The notes under the pieces are model-generated. The model made no database searches. It saw nothing but the letters and a program-made list of their open reading frames with translations, and had not been told where the DNA came from. A program made the position numbers and the translations under genes. From contig CBDCNP010000002.1 in assembly GCA_965219415.1 (NCBI GenBank), forward strand, positions 5,376,001 through 5,440,000: a stretch of DNA of 64,000 bases. The letters are read 5' to 3'. Shown here piece after piece: positions 44,501 through 56,768 of this stretch (positions within the stretch are counted from its first letter, which is position 1; each line of letters opens with the position of its first letter). The stretch is from Candidatus Marinacidobacterales bacterium (GTDB lineage: Bacteria > Acidobacteriota > Vicinamibacteria > Marinacidobacterales > DATDRI01).

Positions 44501-44769
44501 CAGGCGCTCTTCTCCCCGGCAAAGTCCAGTCCCGTCTCGCCCTCGGCGGCCGTTCCCCGCCCGTGGCGCGCCCCACCACCCATCAGGCCAGCCGTGCGCA
44601 CCCCCGGCAAAATCATCCCAGAACGTCCCGGCGCGTGGGTCTTGAGTGCGTTTGTGTTTTTGACACAACGGGCGCGAAATACCCTCGATTCTGCGCGGAT
44701 TCCAAGGGCGTCTAAACTGCTGATTTGTGGTCTATTTCAAAAGGGCTGAGTTTTGGCACAGGACGGGGG

Positions 44770-44931
44770 CAGGTCGGTAGGAGCGCGTAGTGTGGGAAAG
44801 CCGCACGCTGCGTGCGATGTGGCGGGGGCTGGAAACGGACTTACGGTGCGGCTAGTGAGGCACTCCCACAGGAAACGGGGAGAAACAGATAGGCCGCGCC
44901 TACGGAGCACCGCGCCAGCCCTCGACCCTAT
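44770..44931 (+). ncRNA. Group II intron 3' remnant (domains V and VI), no RT gene
   Basis: DV-like GCGCGTAGTGTGGGAAAGCCGCACGCTGCGTGC, long DVI and terminal CGACCCTAT. Confidence 0.8.
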
Positions 44932-44979
44932 CAGCCCCAGGACCCACCGGCCATGGCTCATGCTATTATCACGCGCTTA

Positions 44980-45843
44980 ATGAGAGTTTCGAAGGTCGTT
45001 TTCTTCGCTATTTGTTGTGCGTCGTCGGCCTCGGCGTGGGATCGCGTGGGACATCTCGTTGTGGATGCTATCGCGTGGAAGCACATGAGCGAGCCCACGC
45101 GCGAGCGGGCAGTCGAGATTCTTCGCGCTGCGCCGAGAGACGCCGGCCTCGCGCTATCGGGGTTCGGCCCGCGAGAGCTCTTCGTCCGCAGCGGGTACTG
45201 GCCCGACGTCGTGCGCGATGAGGCGTGGCCGGTGCGCAAAGAAAAATACGATCACCCGACGTGGCACTACGTCAATCATTTCTGGCGAGAAGACGGTACG
45301 CCGCTACCGGAGATGGGGCTGAACGGTGAACTCCTCGAACGACTCGAGGCGCTCGCGGGCACCGTCCCCGACGCTGTCGAGCTCGCGTGGTTGCTCCACC
45401 TCGTCGGTGACGTTCATCAACCGCTCCACTCGAGCGCGCGGGTCACCAACGCCGAACCGCACGGCGATCGCGGAGGGAACGATTTCGCGCTCGACGACCC
45501 GGAGTCCTGGGGGAACTTACACGCGTTTTGGGACTCGATACAGATGCGCGCCCGTCGCAAGCACCACAGCGAAGGCTATCCGGCATGGGTCGACCGGATC
45601 GCGGGCGAGATCACAACGCTTCATTCACGCGCAACGCTCGCGAGCGAGATGAGCGTTCAAGGATTCACCGACTGGTCCAAAGCCGGCGCCAAGCTTGCAA
45701 GGACGCGCTTGTACCCGTCGTATCTTGTTCGAGATGCGCGGCCGCCGAAGCAGTATCAGGACGAAGCCCAAGAGGTCGCCGATCGGCAGATGGCGCTCGC
45801 CGGGTACCGGCTCGCGGCGCTTCTGAATGGGCTCCTTCGCTAG
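44980..45843 (+). CDS. S1/P1 nuclease
   Basis: Signal + WDRVGH, WPD, WHYVN, HLVGDVHQPLH, DRGGN and NLHAFWD. Confidence 0.93.
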   Translation: MRVSKVVFFAICCASSASAWDRVGHLVVDAIAWKHMSEPTRERAVEILRAAPRDAGLALSGFGPRELFVRSGYWPDVVRDEAWPVRKEKYDHPTWHYVNHFWREDGTPLPEMGLNGELLERLEALAGTVPDAVELAWLLHLVGDVHQPLHSSARVTNAEPHGDRGGNDFALDDPESWGNLHAFWDSIQMRARRKHHSEGYPAWVDRIAGEITTLHSRATLASEMSVQGFTDWSKAGAKLARTRLYPSYLVRDARPPKQYQDEAQEVADRQMALAGYRLAALLNGLLR

Positions 45844-45870
45844 GGTCGAACGGCTTGCGGCGCGGATGGA

Positions 45871-46590
45871 CGTCTGGTCAAAATACTCGAACGCCCAGCG
45901 GGTCAGCAGTTTGCACCTTTCCAAAGGCTGCTTGAATTCGCCATCGCGGTCGGATACGTATTCCAGTTCAGCGGAAGGAGTCGCGATGGGCTGGAAGACC
46001 ATGCTGAGCTACATCTCAGGGTCCGTGGATGAGGAGTTGCTCCTGCGCAACGAGTATCTTGTGGCCGAGAATCGAGTTCTTCGCAATCAGCTCCAGGGTC
46101 GCTTGCGTCTGACCGATGGCGAACGGCGGTCTCTGGCCGAGCTCGGAAAGTGTCTGGGTAAGCAAGCCCTTGATGAGGCGCGAGTATCGTGAACCCGTCT
46201 GGTCAAAATACTCGAACGTCGAGCGTGTCAGCAGTTTGCACCTTTCCAAGGGCCGCTTGAATCCGCCATCGCGGTCGGATACGTATTCCAGTTCAGCGGA
46301 AGGAGTCGCGATGGACTGGAAGACCATTTTGAGCTACATCTCAGGGTCCGTGGATGAGGAGTTGCTCCTGCGCAGCGAGTATCTTGTGGCCGAGCTCGGA
46401 AAGCGTCTGGGTAAGCAAGCCCTTGATGAGGTCGCGAGTATCGTGAACTCCGACACGGTCCTAGGTTGGCACCGGAGGCTTGTCGCGAAGAAGTTCGATA
46501 GCTCCAAGAACCGTCAGTATCCAGGGCGCCCGCGGGTCTACGCCGCCATCGAAGAGCTGGTGGTGCGTTTCGCTAAGGAGAACAGCCGGA
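45871..46590 (+). mobile_element. Two tandem 5' fragments of a family B rve element
   Basis: Ends at 45871 and 46196, each followed by M(G/D)WKT(M/I)LSYISGSVDEELLLR. Confidence 0.85.
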
Positions 46591-46719
46591 ACAGGTCCGG
46601 CGAGTACGCCTGCCTTCAGTACAAAAGAACAGCAAGGAGTCGTCAATGTTTGTCCACTCGCCGCGCGCACTCCTTGAGGGCGTCGCCGATACGCGAGTGC
46701 CTCACAAAAACTCAGCCGG

Positions 46720-46919
46720 TTCGTTCAACCACCGGTAAAGGCCTTCGGAAACCACGCAAGGACAACGGCCTTGCCCCTCAGCTCGGAGAGCTGGTAGGAC
46801 TTTCCGTCGGTGCCCTGGAGCTCGAAGTCAGGTGCCTCGTCGCCAACCCGTAATTCGGCAGCACCCAAGGAGCCTCCGATAAACATCACACCAGGAGCCC
46901 AGCAGGCGATTCGCTTCAT
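46720..46919 (-). pseudogene. AhpC/TSA peroxiredoxin N-terminus with TGA at the peroxidatic position; truncated
   Basis: [10 protein letters not shown]...[13 protein letters not shown]. Confidence 0.75.
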
Positions 46920-47510
46920 TGATAACACTCCCATTCCAATCGTCACAACCCAAAGCAGAAGTCTAGACCCGGCCAACGGGTATGGCAGCCGACGGCGGAG
47001 TTCCTGTTGGGTTCAGCAGCTCAGGCGTGTAGGCTCTCCGCCACGCACCCAAGCGGCCAGCATCTACCACTCCGGGTCGTCCTTCGAGACCCACCGCCAC
47101 CTCTTTGCCAACACTCGCCGAATGTGCCCTCGAGTCCAATCCTGAGCGGCACACCAACGACAACAAACTTCTTCCCAATCAGCCCGCCGCCGAACCCGTC
47201 ATCGTCGTAATCGACGACCGAACTGGTATTGCCGCGGCGTGATCGTCCTGTGGACCGACGCCACAAGGCGAAGCAAAGATCTTCCTGTCGTTTGTTACAC
47301 TGATTAATGTTGTAGCAAAGGGCTATTTCGTCTCAATCCCGGAGTGGAAGGGCAAGGCCGATATTGCTTCTTTCCCCAGACTAACGCATCCTGCAAAACA
47401 TCCTGTTTCTGCTGCGCCAGCAGAATGTGATTCATCAGCCTGTGGCGGAGTTACTCCAACCGACAACGATATTTGCGTATGATGATTGACCGGAAATAGC
47501 CGACGCAACG

Positions 47511-48322
47511 ATGCACCCACTTTCAAGAGATGTCAGTTACAGCTTGAGAGTCTTAAGCCGGAACCCTGCCTCGGCCGGACTCTCCGTTCTCATACTCGCT
47601 TTTGGCATTTCAGCAAATGCCGTCGTTTTCACGGCCGTCAGCGGTGTCCTGTTGGAACCGCTCCCCGTTGCTGAGCCAAATCGCGTCGTGGTCATGTGGG
47701 AGCAGAATCTGCAGGAGAACCGGTCGGTTATCGAAGTCTCCCTTCCGAACTTCCTGGATTGGTCGAGGGAGGCGGACTCTTTCGAGAACATGGCCGCTTT
47801 TGGTTCTGTGAATTGGGGCCACGTCCTGACCGATCGTGCAGAGCCGTATGCGGTGTCTTCAAGCGCTGTCTCGGCTTCGTTCTTCGATGTCCTGGGTGTA
47901 CGGCCCCACCTAGGGCGGACCTTTCTCCCGCAGGACGACAAGCTAGGAGCCCCTCAAGTTGCAATTCTTAGCTACGACTTTTGGCAGACTCGCTTTGGAC
48001 GCGACAGAAGCATCGCGGGTCGAACGATTCAGTTAGAAGGTGATACAGAAGGCCCCGAACCATTCACAGTCATCGGAGTGATGCCAAAGGATTTCGAGGT
48101 ACCAAGACGCACAGAACTCTGGACGCCATTGAGGCGCCGTCTTTCCACTGCGTTCCGTGCTCTTGAGCCTGAGCAACAACGTCGAATCGGCGTTCTGTAC
48201 GTCGTAGGAAGACTTAGAGGTGAAGTGGCCGCTAATCAAGCCCGGACTGAAATGAGCACCATTGCGAAAAGGTTGGCTGATGCTCGTGGAAGACCTAGCG
48301 AGTATCTCACAATTGCTATAAC
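47511..48322 (+). pseudogene. ADOP/MacB-like ABC permease, truncated by IS256
   Basis: LAFGISANAVVF, FFDVLGVRPHLGRTF and VIGVMP. Confidence 0.88.
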
Positions 48323-51070
48323 GAGCTACCCTCAGAAGGTGTGGAAATAAAGTAAAGGCGGAGTAACCTTCCGCGTCACGAAACACGGCCTGAAGGGGCC
48401 AACGGAAGGAGACACCGCCATGAAGGAAAAGACCACAAGACGACGGAGCTCGTCAAGGGTGGCTTGGGAGTCGCTGGAGAAGTGGGCGAGGCTCGAGATC
48501 CAGGATTGGGTGCAGGAGCTGATGGTAGCCGAAGTCACGGAGCTTCTCGGGCGTGAGAAATCGGAGAGACGGAAGCCCGTGGACACAACGGCGGGCTATC
48601 GAAATGGATACGGTAAGCCTCGGAAACTGACGATGAGCGTGGGCACGGTGACGGTTCGCCGGCCGAGAGTACGGGACGTGGAGGAGAGTGGATGTGTCCC
48701 GAGGTTCGTGGAAAAAGAACGGCGCCCTCCACTCCGTCATCAGAGTATCATATCAGGCGGTAACCTCCGCGTGTTCGAGAACCTCGCTCAGACGTTGGTA
48801 GCCGTCGATGCGTCGTAGTTGAATCTGGCCAGAGGCGATAAGCCCAAACAGCAAAGCGACCGCAGACTCCTCGCTGGAGAACGACGCTTGGGTTTTCGTC
48901 CGGCGTCGAAACTCGCGGTTGAGATTCTCCAGAGCTTTGGTCGTTCGAAACGATTTCCACATGGCACGAGGGAATTCGTAGAAGGTCAGCAGCTGATTAC
49001 CGGCCTCCTCTAGGCTTCGGACGACGGCCGGCGCGAGAGGCGTCCACTTGGCGACGAGCTCGTCATAGGCTTTGCGAGCATCGAACCCGTTCTTGGCGTA
49101 GACGATCCGGTTGTAGTCACGCCGGAGCTCACGGCGTGCGTGCGCCGGGCAATGTTGGAGCAAGTTGGCGCGCTTGTGCTCGGTACATCGCTGCAACCGG
49201 CACCCCGGCCACTTCTCCAGCGCTTTCGTCAGCCCCTTGTGGCCGTCGCTGATCACTAGCTTGGGAGCCCGGAGTCCTCGAGCCTGGAGTCCCTCCAGCA
49301 CGGAGCCCCAATGCGTCGAGGCTTCGCTCACCGCCAGACGCAATGACAACAGACGTTTCTGCCCGTCTGGCGCGACCCCGAGCGCAGCCAGTACGGGTAC
49401 GCTGATCACACGTTTCGCCATCCGCACTTTCAGGTGGAAGCCGTCCAGGTAAACGATCGCGTAGACCTCCTCGCTGAGAGCACGGTTCTGCCATTCCTCG
49501 AAGCGCTCCTTCAGCCGGCTAACCACGCGAGACACCGCGCTCTTCGATAGGTGCTCCTCACCGAGCAGTGGTTTCAGCGCTTTGCGGACCCGGCGGCTAT
49601 TCGCGCCCGACAAGTACGTCCCCAAGAGCGCCTCGTCGACCTCACGAGTCCGGCGCGCGTACCGGGGCAACAGCTCGCTCCTGAACTCTGTCGTTTCTCC
49701 CGTTTCCTCGTCTCGCACGCGGGCTCGTGGCACCCGGAGCTCGCGAGTTCCCACCGACGTCGTCACGCGACGGGTTTCGGCTCCGTTGCGATACCCACGG
49801 CGGTCTTCCGCACGCTCGTAGCTACAACACCCCAGCGCTTGGTCGACTTCTTCCTCGAGCACAACCTCGATCGCCTCCAGTACCCGCATACGCAGCCGAA
49901 GTTGGACGAACTCCCGGTACTCGCTTACAGACTCCTTCAATATGGTGATAGGCTTCTTCATGGCGTAATCCTCCTCCTCGCCTTTCCAGGCGCGGTTTCG
50001 TTTTGCTTAACCGGAGGTTACGCCATTCTTATTTCCACGGGAAGCGGGACGGATCCAGGAGAGGTTCGAAAGTCGAGTGCTTCCGCTGTTCAAGCGTCGG
50101 AGCGAAACGGTGAGCGAGTTGATTCCGGAGCTGTACCTGCATGGACTAGCTCACGGAGATTTCGATCTGGCGCTCCGCGGGCTTCTAGGGGAGGACGCTC
50201 CACTTTCTCCCAGCACGGTGTCGCGGCTGAAACAGAAATGGCAGGGAGAGTACGAGCAGTGGCTAGCTCGCCCACTGGACGAACTCGAGCTCGTGTCCCT
50301 GTGGGTAGATGGCGTGTACGTGAAGGCCGGCCTTGAGAAGGACAAGGCGGCGGTGCTAGTTGCGGTTGGTGGCCTGTCCGACGGGACGAAAATCGTCCTG
50401 ACGCTGGAGGCCGGGCATCGAGAATCCGAAGCGTCATGGTCGTCGCTGCTACGGAGACTGAAGAAGCGCGGTCTGAGATGTCCCCGTTTGGTGATCGGTG
50501 ACGGTCATCTCGACATCTGGGCCGCGACCCGAAACGTATTTCCAGAAGCTGAGGAGCAGCGGTGCTGGAACCACCGAATCCTCAACGTACTGGACCGGAT
50601 TCCGAAAAGGGACCAGGCGCAGGCCAAGCCGCTGTTGACGGCGACCCCCTACCCCACCAGCCTGCAGGAGTGCGAGACGAAGAAGGCCAAGTTCCAGGAT
50701 TGGTGCTTGCGCAAGGGTCTTCCGGGGGCCGCGCACGTGCTCGACGAGGACTGGGAGCGGATGGTCAGCTTCTATTCCTTTCCCAAGCCTCACTGGCAAC
50801 ACCTTCGCACGAGCAACGTCGTGGAGTCACCGTTCGCTGCACTGAGATTGAGAACGGATGCGGCCAAAAGGTTCAAGAAAGTCGAGTCCGCCACTGCGAC
50901 AATCTTCAAACTGCTTCTGGTTGCGGAGAAGAATTTTCGCCGGCTCAACGCACCGGAGCTGATGCGAGAGGTTCACCTGGGCGTTCGATTTGAAGATGGA
51001 GACAGGGTAACGGAGTCGTCGAAGGTTGCTGCTGCCTGAACTTTTTTACACACCTATTGAACAAGAGCTC
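48323..51070 (+). mobile_element. IS256-family element, copy 2, interrupted by a nested IS256
   Basis: Near-identical to 29203-30575. Confidence 0.93.
48690..50056 (-). mobile_element. Different IS256-family element (transposase 48753-49961) with 8-bp TSD
   Basis: IRs GGATGTGTCCCG / CGGGACGGATCC; flanks AGGAGAGT / AGGAGAGG; YRNG, YLDG, ISDG and QRCTEH. Confidence 0.93.
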
Positions 51071-51202
51071 GACATCGTGTTGATGGGGATGACCGAAGAA
51101 CAATTCAGGGAGATAAAAACTTCGTGACACCCGCCACTTTTTTTGACCGGTCCCTCTCTTTGGTTGTACGATAGTCCGCCGCTCGAACCAACCCCCCTGG
51201 AC

Positions 51203-51299
<97 letters not shown>

Positions 51300-51358
51300 G
51301 AAATGCTATAAGCTACTGATAATAGGCGGCTTATTTATGTCATTGCTTGTAGATTCCC

Positions 51359-52644
51359 TGTCCATCATCATTATTAATCCGGGACTGGACTCTAGGGCCC
51401 GGACCGCCCTCGAGCACATGCTGGAGAGCGTGGTCAGCGCGCGAGGGAAGGTGCTGAGGACGAACTTCTCGGCGACCAGCCGAGTAACGCGAGCGACCAA
51501 GCTGACTCAGGCTGCCTCTCGCCACTCGTATCGATGGTGCAGTCCACCGACTCGCGGCAGTGCGACTACTTTCGCCGTAGGAGACGGTCGGTGCGTGACC
51601 GCTCTCAAGCTCGGTGTATCCTTGTTCAGCCCCAAGTGGCAACGGTCCTCATGATAGTAGCTGATGTAAGCTCGCACGAGCCGGATGAGATGACATGCAC
51701 CGAGAACCACGACGTGCTCAAGGAGCTCGCGGCGGCAGCTGCCGATCCACCGCTCCGCGGTTCCGTTTTGCCATGGGCTGCGAAACGAAGTGCGAACGGG
51801 TTTTGTGCCCGTTGCTTTGATGAACTCGATGACCGCAGCGCTAAAGATGAAGTCACGATCGAAGATGAGATATTTCGGAGCGGTGTCGTAGGGAAACGCC
51901 TCACGCAGTTGCTGAATAACCCAAGCAGACGTCGGGTGGAACGTGGCGTTGAAGTGAACGATGTGCCGACGACCGTGCTCGATGACGAAGAAGCCGTACA
52001 GCAGCCGGAGCGACGCGGTGGGCACGGTGAACAGATCCATGGCGGCGATATCGTCTTTATGGTTGCGCAAGAAAGCCATCCATCGTTTCAGCTGGTCGGG
52101 CTCCGCGGGACGCCGCGGCAGGTATCGCGACACCGTGATCTCGGAGATGATGAAACCGAGCTTGGTGAGCTCAGCATGGATGCGTGGCGCCCCCCAGCCG
52201 TCTTGCGCCATCGTGCGGACGAGGCGGCGAATCTCGGCATCAACCCGAGGCCGACCGGGATGGCGGCGCTGCGAGATCTTTGCCCAGTACCGTCGGAATC
52301 GGTCGCGATGCCAACGGGCCACGGTGTCCGCGTGGACGATGAGCAGGCGGCTCGCCCACACGGGCCACGAACCTCGAAGGGCAACCCAGAAAGCCCGTTC
52401 CGTGTCGTCGAGCGGTGGGCGTGGGCGCTCTTTCTTCAGCGCCGTCACTTGCTGCCGCAAAGCGACGTTCTCCAACACCAAGTCGGCGCGGCGCCGACAC
52501 ATCGCCCGAATGGCACGGACGCCAAGTGAGACGAGGAAGACAACAACGTTGAGCATAGCGGCGGAGTTTCGCCGTCTTCGGCCCGGAATTCAAGCGGAGC
52601 GTAAGTCCTTGATTTCGTGGGTGGAGCAGTTTTGACGATGCACA
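51359..52644 (-). mobile_element. rve/integrase-core element, family E (CDS 51507-52556), apparently complete
   Basis: Imperfect IRs TGTCCATCATCA / TGTGCATCGTCA; WGAPRIH, IFDRD, SPWQNG and VGGLHHRY. Confidence 0.88.
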
Positions 52645-52743
52645 CCTTACGATGAGAGAACTGTGTCTTCAGAATTCTGGTTCAAACTCTAGCACGCGAA
52701 CGGGTTACGCGGCAGCCACCAACAACTTCATGGCGGAAGCACC

Positions 52744-53194
52744 ACTCCTGTCTCAACTCCTTGTCTGCAAGATAGAAGTTACCGACATGCACTCCCTGGT
52801 GACAGATCGGCACTCCCAGGAAAGTCCTCGCCAGCGTGCTGTCGTCGGGGAAACCGAGCGAACTGAGGTGGGCAGCCAGGTCTCGCAGCCTGAGCGGCTG
52901 CGGAGCCTCCCGCAGGTACTCGTACAGCTCCAGTCCGTGGGGCATATCCAGGAACCGTTGGTGCTCCTCGGGAGCTAATCCCGAAGTGACGAAGTCCTGG
53001 GGCTGCCCCGAGCCGTCCATGGTTGTGATCCCGCTGCAGCGGGCGCCGGTCAGCGCGCAAGCGCTTGCCGCAACCTCGTTCAAAACGGTATTCAAGTCGA
53101 GGCTTTCGCTGATGCGCAGACTGACCTCGCTCAGCCTGGAGAGGCGGTCCCGCAGTGCCTCGATCTCCCCCTTCGATTCGTCGGCTTTCTTCAA
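52744..53194 (-). pseudogene. GAF-domain sensor N-terminus, truncated at a GGTGCTTCCGC-type end
   Basis: ISESLDLNTVL and FLGVPI...VGNFYLADK. Confidence 0.75.
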
Positions 53195-53402
53195 TGTTCC
53201 ACCCTCGATTGGATGCGGGCAGCACTCGGTTCCGCCTTATCGCTCTCCGGGCAGATGCAGGAACCGCACGCGCAGAGACCCAGGTGGTCTCGATGGTGGC
53301 AATTTATGGAAGAATTCACAAATATTTCACGCATTTAGCTTTAAGAATCACATTAAAATCACACAAAATAGTGCAAAAAAAAGGTGGTCGACCGGTAGTT
53401 CA

Positions 53403-53745
53403 ATGAACATGCGCAAACCTATTATTATCGACCAAGCCACCCTCGATTGGGAAGGCTGGCGCAACACCACCCTCGCTACCAAGAGCGCGATACGCTGGAA
53501 GCTCCTGATCACAGGCGAACGCACGGAAAGCAGCGGCCTCGTCACGGGCATTGCACAACTCCCGCCCGGCGCGCAACTACTGCTTCACCACCACGAGCCC
53601 CAGGAAACCTATTACGTCGTTAGCGGCCGAGGGGAGATGAAGATCGACGATTACACGACGGCGGTCGGGCCCGGCTGCGCAATCTACATCCCTGCCAATG
53701 CCAGGCACGCGCTCCGATGCACCGGCTCGGAGCCGCTGTTCTTCG
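53403..53745 (+). CDS. Cupin-domain protein, 3' end cut by a miniature element
   Basis: LHHHEPQETYYVVSG and IPANARH. Confidence 0.8.
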
Positions 53746-53896
53746 CGTCCTGTGCCAAAACTCGGCCCTTTTGAAATAGACCACAAATCAGCAGCTTAGA
53801 CGCCCTTGGAATCCGCGCAGAATCCAGGGTATTTCGCGCCGCAGGGCTGACTTCCGACCCATGGGCTGGCGGATGAATAAATAGAAGGCACAGGAC
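53746..53896. mobile_element. 151-bp miniature element with 10-bp IR GTCCTGTGCC/GGCACAGGAC
   Basis: Left part is the family A end; right part matches 7983-8070 and the family F left end. Confidence 0.8.
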
Positions 53897-53905
53897 TATT
53901 CACGA

Positions 53906-53941
53906 CGAGAGCCCGAGCCGCGTGAGCGACCCGGGCTCTCG
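53906..53941 (-). terminator. Hairpin downstream of groEL
   Basis: CGAGAGCCCG...CGGGCTCTCG stem; weak U-tract. Confidence 0.55.
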
Positions 53942-53954
53942 GGAAGTGTGTAGC

Positions 53955-55607
<1,653 letters not shown>

Positions 55608-55623
55608 TTACAATACCTCCAAG

Positions 55624-55914
55624 CTATTCCATGATGCCGAGTACCTCGTCCTCTTTGAGGATGAGGTACTCAGTTCCGTTCAGTTTCACTTCCGAGCCCG
55701 AGTATTTGCCGATGAGCACTTTGTCGCCCACCTTCACCTCGAGCGCAACCTTCTTTCCGTCCTCCAAAGTCCGGCCCGATCCGATGGCTATGACTTCGGC
55801 CGTCATAGGCTTTTCCTTCGCGCTGTCGGGGATGATGATGGATCCGACTTTCTTCTCGTCTATCTCCTCGATCCGCTTCACGACAATGTTGTCCTTTATC
55901 GGTTTGATCTTCAT
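55624..55914 (-). CDS. groES: Co-chaperonin GroES
   Basis: IIIPDSAKEKP and VKVGDKVL. Confidence 0.97.
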   Translation of the reverse strand: MKIKPIKDNIVVKRIEEIDEKKVGSIIIPDSAKEKPMTAEVIAIGSGRTLEDGKKVALEVKVGDKVLIGKYSGSEVKLNGTEYLILKEDEVLGIME

Positions 55915-55978
55915 TTGTCAATTATTCCTCCTTCGTTATCCAGGACTGGCCGTCGGGGTCGAACTCCCAAAACGGCGG

Positions 55979-56421
55979 TCAACCACTGATGGGAATCTGA
56001 CGGCTTTTCTCGCTCGCCTTCTTCGGCATGGTCACCGTCAGAATGCCCTTCTCGAAATCGGCCTTTACTTTGTCCGTCTCGATGCTCGTCGGGAGCTCGA
56101 ACGTGCAATGGAACAGGCCGTAGGTTCCATGCGAACGAACTGTTTCTCGTTGATGGCTTCGTTGACCCTGCGATTGCCTGGTAGTGTGACTCGATCGTCA
56201 TCGATGCGAAACTCGATGTCGTCTTGATTCACTTCGGGGAGTTCCGCCTTGAGAACAAAGGGCTTTTCGGTTTCGTAGAGATCCACGGCGGGGGACAATG
56301 CACTAGTGGTCGACAGCTCTCCCTCGGAGCGCGTGCGCGACAGCGTCTGATCGATTAGCCGGTTCATCCGTTCTTGGAGCGCAAGAAGCTCACGCACGGG
56401 ATCCCAATGGGTGAGTGGCAT
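55979..56421 (-). CDS. Hsp20/alpha-crystallin small heat-shock protein (frameshifted)
   Basis: WDPVRELLALQERMNRL, PAVDLYE, AELP; C-terminus ADFEKGILTVTMPK in another frame. Confidence 0.85.
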
Positions 56422-56445
56422 CTGTGATTCGACAACCTCGACATA

Positions 56446-56472
56446 TTAGCACTCTACACACCCGAGTGCTAA
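56446..56472. promoter_or_regulatory. CIRCE element (HrcA operator)
   Basis: Exact TTAGCACTC-N9-GAGTGCTAA upstream of hsp20-groES-groEL. Confidence 0.95.
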
Positions 56473-56583
56473 TCGCACGAGATAGTAGTTATTTGGTACT
56501 GTCAAGTGCTGGTGCGCTCAGCCACTACCGCGACGCGGGCGGCGAAGGGTTCGTCGTGGGCAGTGTGATCAGGTTGCCCAATC

Positions 56584-56723
56584 GGTGGTTGCGCTGTTTC
56601 CTGTTGGTGATGTGTACGGATCCCTTTGCAAAAAAAGTGCTTACGCTCCATTTTGCGCGCAGCGAAGGTCACGAGCGCTATTTTGGCTGTAATTTAATGC
56701 ACCGTAAAGTCTTAGCGTCATCT
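56584..56723. mobile_element. Truncated copy of the 166-bp MITE
   Basis: Aligns with ~7817-7955. Confidence 0.78.
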
Positions 56724-56768
56724 TCATGAAGAAGTTCTGTCACTAGACCTGAAGTGAGGAGGTAGGAT

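Noticed and set aside
44770-44931. Complete group II intron, retron or DGR
   Set aside because: No reverse transcriptase ORF, no intron 5' end and no TR/VR pair with adenine-specific differences in the window
47000-47480. Short ORFs between the peroxiredoxin and the ABC permease
   Set aside because: No recognisable motif, RBS or consistent coding pattern
51534-52635. Long antisense ORFs over rve transposases, groEL, tricorn and D-aminoacylase
   Set aside because: Typical high-GC shadow frames with no recognisable motifs
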